Shown here in pieces: positions 1 through 7,943 of a DNA stretch of 25,544 bases. Positions within the stretch are counted from its first letter, which is position 1. Each line of letters opens with the position of its first letter. The translations under genes were made by a program, and so were the position numbers. The stretch is from a virus (lineage: Duplodnaviria > Caudoviricetes), in IMG/VR virus record IMGVR_UViG_3300022923_000092, positions 1 to 25,544 of that record. One strand, written 5' to 3'. The notes beneath the pieces were generated by a model. It ran no database searches, was not told the origin of the DNA, and was given only the letters and a program-made list of their open reading frames with translations.

Positions 1-411
1 AAAAAAGAGGATAAGATAAAGCCTATCCCGCCGGTTGGTCGGTTTGGCGGTGCGCGTTTGTTGCAGCGTCGAATTGGCCGCTCGGAGACATTGGCTCAGA
101 ACAAAGAGGCCGTGGCTACTGAGCTTATAGCAATGGGTACGGCTCGTATTACTGACATCATTGATCTGCACAGTGGCCAAGTAAAGCCTTTGGAGGATAT
201 TCCTGATGAGGCTTTGGCTTCGATTAAGAAGGTGACTGTGGGCCAGCATGGTACGACGATTGAGATGTTTGATAAGGTAAGTGTTCTGCGCGTGTTGGCT
301 AAGGCTAGTGGCTTGCTTGATGCAGAAAAGAATGTGGATAAGCCTTCGATTGTTGGGATTAACATGAAGGGGCCAGACATTACCACAACGTATGAGGCAG
401 ATGATGACTGA
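1..411 (+). CDS. terS: Terminase small subunit (5' truncated by window edge)
   Basis: Frame is open from base 1 (KKEDKIKPIPPVGRFGGARLLQRR...), so the gene starts upstream of the ORF-track call at 58. The segment 'ELIAMGTARITDII...LEDIPDEALASIKKV...IEMFDKVSVLRVLAK' looks like phage TerS, and the gene overlaps the terL start. Confidence 0.75.
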   Translation, partial: KKEDKIKPIPPVGRFGGARLLQRRIGRSETLAQNKEAVATELIAMGTARITDIIDLHSGQVKPLEDIPDEALASIKKVTVGQHGTTIEMFDKVSVLRVLAKASGLLDAEKNVDKPSIVGINMKGPDITTTYEADDD

Positions 412-1927
412 TCTTCCCAGCATGAACTTGGATTTCTCTAAGTCTGCTACGGTATGGAAGTTTCTACACGATAAATCTTTTGTTCGCGGCATTATGGGGC
501 CGGTTGGATCTGGCAAGTCATACGGCTGTGCTGCTGAAATAATGCTCAAGGCTGTTCAGCAAAAGCCCTCGCCGCGTGATGGCATCCGGTATTCTCGGTT
601 TGTAATCGTGCGCAATACCTACCCAGAGCTAAGAACAACAACGATCAAGACATGGCAAGAGCTATTCCCTGAGGATGTATGGGGGCCGATGCGCTGGCAA
701 CCGCCCATCACGCACCATCTAAAGTTGCCTTCGAGGGAAGGTGCGCCTGGTATAGACTGCGAAGTTATCTTCATGGCTCTTTCTACGCCACAAGATGTAA
801 GGAAGCTGTTGTCGCTGGAGCTAACGGGTGCTTGGGTAAACGAAGCCCGCGAGCTGCCGAAGGCTGTGATCGACGGGCTGACGCACCGTGTTGGCCGTTA
901 TCCTACTCAGTCTGACGGTGGCGCGTCTTGGTACGGCATTATTATGGATACTAACCCGCCTGACGCCGATCACTGGTGGCATGAGCTTGCAGAGAAGAAC
1001 CCTATCGGCGGTCGGTTTCCTTGGAAGTTTTACCGGCAACCTGGCGGTGTGCTGGAGGTAAGCGCTAAGGATTTACCGGAAAACCCAGAAGCTAATGGTT
1101 TTGTGTTCTCTGGGGCCAAGTGGTGGATGGTTAATCCCTCTGCTGAAAACAAGGTTCACCTGCCTAGCGGGTACTATGAGCAACTTCTCGGCGGTAAGAA
1201 TGCTGACTGGATCAGGTGCTATGCTGAAGGTAAATATACGTTTGTGCAAGAGGGGCGTCCGGTCTGGCCTGAGTATGACGATGATATGATGTCAGGTGAT
1301 GTCACTTATGATCCACAATATCCATTGCAGATCGGCGTTGACTTTGGGTTGACGCCAGCCGCTATCTTTGGGCAGCGCACATCTGGTGGTGCCTGGAAGA
1401 TCCTTGATGAGCTTGTGACGTTTGACATGGGTCTTGAAAGGTTTGGGCAAGAGCTGCTGGCTAAGATTGCTGCGAGCTTTAACAAGGCTGAGGTGATGAT
1501 ATGGGGCGATCCCGCCGGTAACAAGCGAGATGAGATCTATGAGGTAACTGCCTTCGATCACTTGCGCTCGATTGGCTTCAAGGCATCTCCGACTGACAGT
1601 AACGCCTTCAACGTGCGCCGTGAGGCTGCTGCTGCGCCTATGAACCGGCTGGTGAGCGGTAAGCCTGGGCTAATGATAAACAAGAAGTGTTTACGGGTGC
1701 GAAAGTCTTTGTCTGGTGGTTATTTCTTCAAGCGTCAATCTCTCGGTGCTGGTCAAGAGCGATTCAAGGACATGCCGGTAAAGAACGAGCATTCTCACTG
1801 TGGGGATGCGTTTGGCTATCTAATGCTGGGTGGTGGTGAGCAACGTCGATTGCGGCGTGGTAACTACGGCAACAGCTTTGCTGGTGGCCAGACGTTTAAT
1901 GCCGCAACAGACTTTGAGATCTTCTGA
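404..1927 (+). CDS. terL: Terminase large subunit
   Basis: Walker A GPVGSGKS, 'VRNTYPEL', Walker B-like 'AWVNEAREL', coupling motif 'MDTNPP', nuclease motifs 'IGVDFG', 'GDPAG' and 'SHCGDAFGY'. GAGG at 394-397 favours the ATG at 404 (or 401) over 392. Confidence 0.95.
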   Translation: MTDLPSMNLDFSKSATVWKFLHDKSFVRGIMGPVGSGKSYGCAAEIMLKAVQQKPSPRDGIRYSRFVIVRNTYPELRTTTIKTWQELFPEDVWGPMRWQPPITHHLKLPSREGAPGIDCEVIFMALSTPQDVRKLLSLELTGAWVNEARELPKAVIDGLTHRVGRYPTQSDGGASWYGIIMDTNPPDADHWWHELAEKNPIGGRFPWKFYRQPGGVLEVSAKDLPENPEANGFVFSGAKWWMVNPSAENKVHLPSGYYEQLLGGKNADWIRCYAEGKYTFVQEGRPVWPEYDDDMMSGDVTYDPQYPLQIGVDFGLTPAAIFGQRTSGGAWKILDELVTFDMGLERFGQELLAKIAASFNKAEVMIWGDPAGNKRDEIYEVTAFDHLRSIGFKASPTDSNAFNVRREAAAAPMNRLVSGKPGLMINKKCLRVRKSLSGGYFFKRQSLGAGQERFKDMPVKNEHSHCGDAFGYLMLGGGEQRRLRRGNYGNSFAGGQTFNAATDFEIF

Positions 1928-2406
1928 TGGGATTGGTGCAGCTTCCAGAGTTCCGTATGAGTTCCGATGAGCAAATTGTTCCTCTACGCTTTGAGCATTT
2001 GCCAAGAATGCGGTTTACAGAAGATAGCAAGGAGTACATGCGATACGTTCCCAACTACATAGATTATATTTGGGATAACTCAGAGGATGGATGGAGCTGG
2101 GCAGCGATTGGCAGGGGCAGAGTTATTGCTGCTTTTGGCATTCGCATGAATTGGCCTGGCTTGGCTGAGATGTGGATGGTTCCGAGCGAGGATCTTTCTA
2201 AGCATGCGATATCACTTGTGCGTGGCGCAAGGGCTGTAACCGATACCGCTTTGCAAGATTATGGTGTTAGAAGGCTACAAATCTGCGTAAAAGTAGAAAA
2301 TGATAGCGCATTTAAGTTTGCCAAAGCACTGCATTTTGAGGTAGAAAGTATTATGAGAAAGTTTGGCCCAGAGGGGGCTGACTACTACATGATGGCGAGG
2401 TTTTGA
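1927..2406 (+). CDS. GNAT-fold acetyltransferase-like protein (T7 gp13-like)
   Basis: 'VRRLQICVKVENDSAFKFAKALHFEVES' matches the GNAT C-terminal pattern V..eN..A.rf...LGF; 'GLAEMWMV' strand upstream. Coupled to terL by a TGATG overlap. Confidence 0.65.
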   Translation: MGLVQLPEFRMSSDEQIVPLRFEHLPRMRFTEDSKEYMRYVPNYIDYIWDNSEDGWSWAAIGRGRVIAAFGIRMNWPGLAEMWMVPSEDLSKHAISLVRGARAVTDTALQDYGVRRLQICVKVENDSAFKFAKALHFEVESIMRKFGPEGADYYMMARF

Positions 2407-2407
2407 T

Positions 2408-2644
2408 ATGGCGGGATTGTTTGGCGGCGGTAGACGCGGCAAGTCACAGGCAGAAAAAGATGCTGAAGCGGCTCGCGCAAGAGCAGAGCAAAGAGCTGAG
2501 GCTGAAGAGCGTACTGAAATGCAAGGCGCTCAGGCTCGTCGCAGATTGCGCCGTACTGGTGGAATGAGATTGTTATTCTCTCCAGCTCGTCGTGAAGGCC
2601 CAGGCGATATACCAATGCAAACAAAACTTGGTGGCGGTCAGTAA
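2408..2644 (+). CDS. Small basic/helical hypothetical protein (probably virion-associated)
   Basis: 78 aa, MAGLFGGG start, Arg/Ala/Glu-rich helix, ends '...TKLGG'. Proteins of this style commonly precede the portal in T7-like podoviruses. Tightly packed between neighbours. Confidence 0.7.
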   Translation: MAGLFGGGRRGKSQAEKDAEAARARAEQRAEAEERTEMQGAQARRRLRRTGGMRLLFSPARREGPGDIPMQTKLGGGQ

Positions 2645-2991
2645 TGAAGCGACCAAAGAAAAAGCCTGGTGTTGTTCAGAGGACTCTCGGCAGCATTAAG
2701 AGTCAGTTTCTTAGTGATGTTAAGGGCTTTGCTGCTGGCCTCAAAGATCCTCTTAATTACAAAGATCCATCACCTGAGAGAAGTGCTAAGTCTAAAAAGG
2801 CAGTAGAGGATTTGCGTAAAAACAATAAGCGCCCTTCTAAAAAAGACCCTGTTGCTGATGCTGCTGCTGCCAGAATGGCCAAGACCAAGGCAGAGGGTCG
2901 CAAGCGCAGAGTGAAGTTTGAAAAGGCGCAGGGTGAAAAGGCTAAAAAGAGAAGGGCGTTATTGCTCAATATTCGGAAGGCAAAAAAATGA
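2644..2991 (+). CDS. Lysine-rich hypothetical protein
   Basis: 115 aa, about 26 Lys by manual count; TAATG overlap upstream and ATGA overlap downstream. Confidence 0.7.
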   Translation: MKRPKKKPGVVQRTLGSIKSQFLSDVKGFAAGLKDPLNYKDPSPERSAKSKKAVEDLRKNNKRPSKKDPVADAAAARMAKTKAEGRKRRVKFEKAQGEKAKKRRALLLNIRKAKK

Positions 2992-3128
2992 CACAGATTA
3001 AATCAGATCCTAGAGTTCATCACCGCGCAAAGCCAGCGCCAGAAAAAACTAAAGAGGTAAAAGCTGATGCCAAAGAAGCTACACCGAAAGCTGCTCCTAA
3101 GCGCAAAGCGGCTAAATCTAAAAATTGA
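2988..3128 (+). CDS. Small Lys/Ala/Pro-rich protein (46 aa), absent from the ORF track
   Basis: ATG 2988 overlaps the TGA of the previous gene. Translation: MTQIKSDPRVHHRAKPAPEKTKEVKADAKEATPKAAPKRKAAKSKN, stop TGA 3126-3128. Fills the gap exactly. Confidence 0.7.
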   Translation: MTQIKSDPRVHHRAKPAPEKTKEVKADAKEATPKAAPKRKAAKSKN

Positions 3129-3137
3129 GCAAGGGCG

Positions 3138-3428
3138 ATGGTAGCAAAGATTTATCAGAATCCTGAGGGTGGTTTAAACCGCAAGGGTCGTGAGTATTTT
3201 AAGCGCACGGAGGGTGCTAATTTAAGGCCTCCTGTTAAGAAAACGCCTCCCAAGGATAGCAAGGATTTTGGTCGTAAGGTTGCATTTGCTGCTCGTTTTG
3301 CTGGAATGAAGGGGCCAATGAAAGATGAAAAGGGTAAGCCCACTAGGAAGGCTTTGGCGCTCAAGGCATGGGGGTTTGGCTCTGTTGAGGCGGCTCGAAA
3401 CTTTGCTCAACGAAATAAAAAAGGATAA
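3138..3428 (+). CDS. Conserved small basic phage protein
   Basis: 'NPEGGLNRKGREYFKRTEGANLRPPV...GRKVAFAARFAGMKGPMKDEKGKPTRKALALKAWG' resembles a widespread basic protein family of aquatic phages (recognised from memory). Function unknown. Confidence 0.75.
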   Translation: MVAKIYQNPEGGLNRKGREYFKRTEGANLRPPVKKTPPKDSKDFGRKVAFAARFAGMKGPMKDEKGKPTRKALALKAWGFGSVEAARNFAQRNKKG

Positions 3429-3432
3429 GTAA

Positions 3433-4995
3433 ATGGCTCGGCTGAATGTAAAAGATATTATTGAACGTGAGGCCAAAGCTCAGGCTCGCAAGGATGAGTG
3501 GCGTTCTATCTATGAAGATTGCTATGAGTTCGCTCTACCGCAACGAAACCTATACTCAGGTTATTATGAGGGCGGTGTGCCAGGCAAAGGTAAGATGGCA
3601 AGGGTCTTTGACTCTACAGCCATTCATGCCACTCAGCGCTTTGCTAATCGCATCCAGGCTGGCTTGTTTCCCCCGCAAAAGGAATGGTGTCGCCTAGAGG
3701 CTGGCACTGGCATCCCACAACAACAACAGCCACAGGCTCAGGCAGCGCTCGATGCTTATACAACCCGTATGTTTGAAATCATGCGGCAGACGAACTTTGA
3801 TCTGGCTATGGGCGAGTTCTTGCTGGATCTTTGCGTAGGTACTGCGGTGATGATGGTGACACCTGGTGATGAGGTTACGCCTATCCGCTTTACGCCTATC
3901 CCTCAGTATCTCGTTGCTATTGAAGAGGGAACATTCGGTAATGTCGATAATGTTTATCGCAAGCTCCGCATGAAGGCTGAAACGATACCACAAGAGTTTC
4001 CTGACGCAGAAATGACAAGTGAACTAGCTCAGGCAATAGAGCAATCGCCATCTAAAGAGATCGATCTGATGGATGCGGTTATCTATGATTATGAGCGAGC
4101 CGTTTATTGCTATCACGTTATTTGGCCTGGTAAAAAGCAAGAGCTTGTCTACCGAACAATGAAGTCATCGCCCTTTATCGTTGCTCGATATATGAAGGTG
4201 GCCGGTGAGATATATGGACGTGGCCCATTGGTTACAGCCATTTCTGACATCAAAACGCTTAACAAAACTGTTGAGCTGGTTCTCAAGAACGCTTCTTTAG
4301 CGATTGCTGGCGTATATACGGCGGCAGATGATGGCGTTCTCAATCCTCAGAATATCAAGATACAGCCTGGCGCGGTTATCGGTGTCGCTCGTAACGGTGG
4401 CCCCCAGGGTGCGTCACTGGCTCCCCTCCCTAGAGCCGGTGACTTTAACGTAAGTCAGATTGTAATGAATGATCTGCGCATGAACGTGAAGAAGATTCTG
4501 ATGGATGACACGTTGCCGCCTGACAATATGTCTGCTCGATCAGCAACAGAGATTGCAGAAAGATCGCGTGAGCTTGCAACTAATCTAGGATCTGCCTTTG
4601 GTCGGTTGATAGATGAGACAATGGTTCCGATCGTATCGCGCATTTTGTTTATCATGGATCAGCAGGGATTCATTGACCTGCCATTAAAGGTAAATGGCGT
4701 TGAGGTTAAGGTTACACCAGTTGCGCCTCTTGCTCAGGCTCAGAAGCTACAAGAGGTAAATGATATTGTGCAGTTCATGCAGATAGCCAATGCTCTCGGC
4801 CCACAGGGTCAAGCGGCTCTGTCTATCCCGCGCATAACTCAATTTATCGCAAGCAAGATGAACATAAATCAAGAATTGCTTACCACACCGGAAGAGCAGC
4901 AAATGATGATGGAACAGATGCAGCAAGCAATGATGGCAGAACAAGGCCCACCCGCTGCAACTGATGGAGGGGCTACAATGGAGGCAATGCAATGA
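3433..4995 (+). CDS. Portal (head-tail connector) protein, T7 gp8/BPP-1 Bbp21-like
   Basis: 520 aa. 'VFDSTA', 'GLFPP...W', 'PFIVARY...GEIYGRGP', 'RSATEI.ER..E....LG..FGRL..E...P' are motifs of this portal family. SD AAGGA upstream. Confidence 0.93.
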   Translation: MARLNVKDIIEREAKAQARKDEWRSIYEDCYEFALPQRNLYSGYYEGGVPGKGKMARVFDSTAIHATQRFANRIQAGLFPPQKEWCRLEAGTGIPQQQQPQAQAALDAYTTRMFEIMRQTNFDLAMGEFLLDLCVGTAVMMVTPGDEVTPIRFTPIPQYLVAIEEGTFGNVDNVYRKLRMKAETIPQEFPDAEMTSELAQAIEQSPSKEIDLMDAVIYDYERAVYCYHVIWPGKKQELVYRTMKSSPFIVARYMKVAGEIYGRGPLVTAISDIKTLNKTVELVLKNASLAIAGVYTAADDGVLNPQNIKIQPGAVIGVARNGGPQGASLAPLPRAGDFNVSQIVMNDLRMNVKKILMDDTLPPDNMSARSATEIAERSRELATNLGSAFGRLIDETMVPIVSRILFIMDQQGFIDLPLKVNGVEVKVTPVAPLAQAQKLQEVNDIVQFMQIANALGPQGQAALSIPRITQFIASKMNINQELLTTPEEQQMMMEQMQQAMMAEQGPPAATDGGATMEAMQ

Positions 4996-5249
4996 GTTCA
5001 CCCGAAGGCTGGGAAGGATTAACCCAAGCTGTCAGTGAAGCGCCAAGAGCTGAAGATATAGATATTCTATATGGTAAGGTTTTTAAAAGTTCTGAAGGGC
5101 AGAAGGTTTTAAGCCATTTGCGCAGCGTTACGATTGAACAGCCAACTTGGCACCCTGGAGAAGATGCGAGCTTTGGTTATGCCAGAACGGGAATGGCAGA
5201 GATTGTTCGCATGATTGAGAAAAAAATAGAAAGGTCAAACAATGGCTGA
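4992..5249 (+). CDS. Bbp19-like small protein between portal and scaffold
   Basis: 'LYGKVFKSSEGQKVLSHLR...GMAEIVRMIE' pattern and position. Confidence 0.7.
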   Translation: MSSPEGWEGLTQAVSEAPRAEDIDILYGKVFKSSEGQKVLSHLRSVTIEQPTWHPGEDASFGYARTGMAEIVRMIEKKIERSNNG

Positions 5250-6012
5250 GGAAGCGGCAGTAGTAGAAGCGGACGCAAATGCGCCGATGATTAACGTGGC
5301 AGAGCCAGAGGCTCCTCAAGAGGATGCACCCATTCCGGTTCATGAGCAGCCACAGGAAGAGATGCAAGCGTCTGAAGATGACGATGGGCCGCTGGAGCGC
5401 CCTGATTATTACCCTGCAAAGTTTTGGGATGAGGATGGCCCTGATGTTGAAAAGCTGGCGAAAAGTTACGCAGAGCTGGAAAAGAAATTTAAGTCGGGCA
5501 AACATAAAGCACCGGAGCAGTATGATATATCTTCACTTGCGGATCAGGGTTTGGACGCTGACGATCCGACTGTCGCCGTATATCAGGACTGGGCTAAGGA
5601 AAACGGGATTAGCCAGGCTGCATTCGAGGATTTGGCCGGTCGTGTCTTATCGATGTCAAAGGATGAGCAAGAAAGTGTTGAGTACGATCAACGCGCTGAA
5701 ATGGAGAAGCTAGGCTCTAATGCCTCTGAGAAGATCCAAATGACGGAGCGTATTCTAATGAAAGCGCCACTTAATAACTCTGAGCGTGAAGCAATAGCAT
5801 ATTCTTTGAATAATGCTGACTCGATCAATGCGTTCCTAAAATATCATCAGGCTCTTACGAATGAGAACATTCCGATCAAGCCTGTGGTTGAGCAGCCAGA
5901 GTTTACCAAGGAAGATCTTAATGTTGCGATTGCAGATCCGCGTTGGAAAACTGATGCTGCTTGGCGTACCAAGATAGAGCGTCAATGGTTCCAATCACAG
6001 CAAAGAGCCTAA
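5242..6012 (+). CDS. Capsid assembly scaffolding protein
   Basis: Very acidic 256 aa; 'RPDYYPAKFW', 'LAKSYAELEKK', 'APEQY', C-terminal 'DPRWKTDAAWR'; directly upstream of the capsid gene. Confidence 0.85.
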   Translation: MAEEAAVVEADANAPMINVAEPEAPQEDAPIPVHEQPQEEMQASEDDDGPLERPDYYPAKFWDEDGPDVEKLAKSYAELEKKFKSGKHKAPEQYDISSLADQGLDADDPTVAVYQDWAKENGISQAAFEDLAGRVLSMSKDEQESVEYDQRAEMEKLGSNASEKIQMTERILMKAPLNNSEREAIAYSLNNADSINAFLKYHQALTNENIPIKPVVEQPEFTKEDLNVAIADPRWKTDAAWRTKIERQWFQSQQRA

Positions 6013-6016
6013 ACTC

Positions 6017-6045
6017 TTGCAATAAGTATCGCTTGCGTGTATTTT
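6017..6045 (+). promoter_or_regulatory. Sigma70-like promoter for the major capsid gene
   Basis: TTGCAA (6017-6022), 17-nt spacer, TATTTT (6040-6045). The predicted start near 6051-6052 coincides with the first hairpin of the leader. Confidence 0.6.
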
Positions 6046-6049
6046 AGTC

Positions 6050-6181
6050 TTAACGGCTAACCGCGCACCGGCCCGTTGAATGTAGTATTCTACTGGTTGG
6101 CGCGGCCATAACGCGCAAGCGACCGCCCGAAACCTCGGATAACGGAAGCGTTTTGTTGAAACCTATTAGGAGGTATCTGCA
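6050..6181 (+). promoter_or_regulatory. Structured 5' leader of the major capsid mRNA (candidate cis-regulatory RNA)
   Basis: Four hand-folded stems: 6052-6077, 6082-6093, 6095-6124, 6123-6145. SD AGGAGGT at 6168-6174. Confidence 0.55.
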
Positions 6182-7015
6182 ATGGCGCAGAACGTCACTA
6201 CGGCGTTTGTTGATCTTTTCGACTCTGAGGTCAAACAAGCGTATCAAGCCGAATCGTTGCTTCGCGGCACGATGCGGACACGCACCGGAGTAGCCGGTAA
6301 TACTGTAAAGTTTCCAACAATCGGAAAAGGTGTTGCCACACTTCGCGTTCCACAAACTGATGTCACACCACTGAATGTGACTTATGGTCGAGTAACTGCA
6401 ACGATGGAAGATTACATCGCGGCAGAATATTCAGACATCTTCCAGCAATCGCACATCAACTTTGATGAGCGCTCTGAGTTGGTTCAAGTCGTATCTAAAT
6501 CTATCGCTCGTCGTATGGATCAGATTATGATTGATGCTCTGGACGCGGCCACTGGCACATCTACAGTTGCAACGACTGTTGGCGGTGCTGGCACGAACAT
6601 GAACATCGAAAAGCTACGTGCTACAGCTAAAGCATTGAATGAGAAGAACGTACCCGCCGAGGGTCGCAGACTGCTCATGCACGCTTCTCAGCTCGACGCA
6701 TTGCTTGGCGAAACTGAAATCACCAGCCAGGACTTTGCTGCTGTAAAGGCTCTTGTCCAGGGTGAGATCAATACGTTCATGGGCTTCACCATTTTGACTA
6801 TGGGTGATCGTGATGAGGGTGGTATTCCTAAGCCTTCTACTCGCACCTGTTTTGCTTGGCACCAGGATTCAATGGGCTACGCTGAGTCAATGTCGCAGAA
6901 AACCGAAGTGAATTACGTTCCGGAAAAAACGTCATTCCTGGTTAGCTCGATGTTCTCTGCTGGCGCTATTGCGATCGACGGTGAAGGCATTGTCAAAATT
7001 TCTTGCACTGAATAA
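6182..7015 (+). CDS. Major capsid protein
   Basis: 277 aa after the scaffold, with a perfect SD. 'FDSEVKQAYQ', 'GNTVKFPTIG', 'SIARRMDQIMIDAL', 'VKALVQGEINTFMGF', 'GAIAIDGEGIVKI' are typical of HK97-fold podovirus capsids. Confidence 0.92.
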   Translation: MAQNVTTAFVDLFDSEVKQAYQAESLLRGTMRTRTGVAGNTVKFPTIGKGVATLRVPQTDVTPLNVTYGRVTATMEDYIAAEYSDIFQQSHINFDERSELVQVVSKSIARRMDQIMIDALDAATGTSTVATTVGGAGTNMNIEKLRATAKALNEKNVPAEGRRLLMHASQLDALLGETEITSQDFAAVKALVQGEINTFMGFTILTMGDRDEGGIPKPSTRTCFAWHQDSMGYAESMSQKTEVNYVPEKTSFLVSSMFSAGAIAIDGEGIVKISCTE

Positions 7016-7030
7016 TTAGGAGATTAGACA

Positions 7031-7276
7031 ATGGCATTCGCATCTGCAAACTGGTCAACAGTTGCTGCATCCAAGAGCGGGAACGCTCCAGCGGTGTACA
7101 CTTACATCTCATCAGGTGATAATTTGGCAACTGTTAAAGGCTCAGGTTATTTCAACACAGTTGAATCGCTTATTACAACTGGTGACGCCCTTTGGGTCGT
7201 TGCTAGTGATAGTCAAGCGCTGTGTAAGTTAATCAATACCAGTGGCGTTATAACCGTTACTGATTTGACTACATAA
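7031..7276 (+). CDS. Small capsid-associated (decoration-like) protein
   Basis: 81 aa, beta-rich; SD AGGAG; lies between the capsid gene and the downstream hairpin. Function inferred from position. Confidence 0.6.
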   Translation: MAFASANWSTVAASKSGNAPAVYTYISSGDNLATVKGSGYFNTVESLITTGDALWVVASDSQALCKLINTSGVITVTDLTT

Positions 7277-7283
7277 TAAGGTT

Positions 7284-7301
7284 GGGGGGCTTCGGCTCCC
7301 C
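7284..7301 (+). terminator. GC-rich UUCG hairpin after the capsid genes (leaky terminator or mRNA stabiliser)
   Basis: GGGGGGC-TTCG-GCTCCCC, 7-bp stem with a C(UUCG)G tetraloop. Followed by TTCCCC rather than a U-tract. Position is analogous to T7 Tphi. Confidence 0.6.
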
Positions 7302-7324
7302 TTCCCCACTAACAGGAGGGCAAT

Positions 7325-7942
7325 ATGGCCGCTGGTGATACTTCACTCTCAATCTGTTCAGATGCTCTAATCCTGTTGGGTGCTGCGCCCATTTCTTCGT
7401 TTACAGAGGGAAGCGATGCGGCTCAGGCTTGCGATAGATTATACCCAGATCTGCGCGATACACTTTTATCAAGTTACCTTTGGAGCTGGAGCGTTCAAAA
7501 AGAACAGCTTGCTCGATTGGCGGCTGCTCCAGTAGACGAATGGAAATATGCTTACCAAATGCCAGGCGATATGCTTTCTGGCGTTATAGCGTTGTTTCAA
7601 AGCTCTGGCATAGGACAGCTTCCCGTAAGATATGGATGGGAAGTTTATCAAGATCAGGTCTATACAAATTTTGAGGAAGTCTACATCGATTATCAGGCAA
7701 CAGTAGATGAAAGCAAAATGCCGCCTTACTTTGTTGATCTGCTTACCTATGCGTTAGCTTCTAAGCTGGCCTTCGTTATAACCGATCAAATTTCTAAGGC
7801 TGATTATTTCAGAGCTGAGGCGTATGGCACACCGGCTGATTCTGGTCGTGGTGGCAAAATGCGAGCTGCTATGAATATTGATGGCAGAGGAAAGCCGCCC
7901 CAAGTTATTGAGGACTATTCTTTAATTAGTGTAAGGTACTAA
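7325..7942 (+). CDS. Tail tubular protein A (T7 gp11-like adaptor)
   Basis: 'SICSDALILLGAAPISSF', 'YPDLRDTLLSSYLWSWS', 'WKYAYQMPGD', 'MPPYFVDLLTYALASKLA'; SD AGGAGG. Confidence 0.88.
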   Translation: MAAGDTSLSICSDALILLGAAPISSFTEGSDAAQACDRLYPDLRDTLLSSYLWSWSVQKEQLARLAAAPVDEWKYAYQMPGDMLSGVIALFQSSGIGQLPVRYGWEVYQDQVYTNFEEVYIDYQATVDESKMPPYFVDLLTYALASKLAFVITDQISKADYFRAEAYGTPADSGRGGKMRAAMNIDGRGKPPQVIEDYSLISVRY

Positions 7943-7943
7943 A

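Noticed and set aside
3715-4945. Gln/Met-rich low-complexity runs in the portal (PQQQQPQAQA; EEQQMMMEQMQQAMM)
   Set aside because: Ordinary for portal loops and C-terminal tails of this family.
5324-5713. 129-aa +1-frame ORF nested in the scaffold gene
   Set aside because: GAGG abuts the ATG with no spacing. The K/R/M-rich sequence is the expected shadow of an acidic host frame, and no local codon shift was apparent.
6990-7033. T7 10A/10B-style frameshift or readthrough fusing the capsid to the next ORF
   Set aside because: The genes share a frame but are separated by two stops (TAA 7013-7015, TAG 7025-7027). There is no in-frame X XXY YYZ heptamer, and the downstream gene has its own SD.
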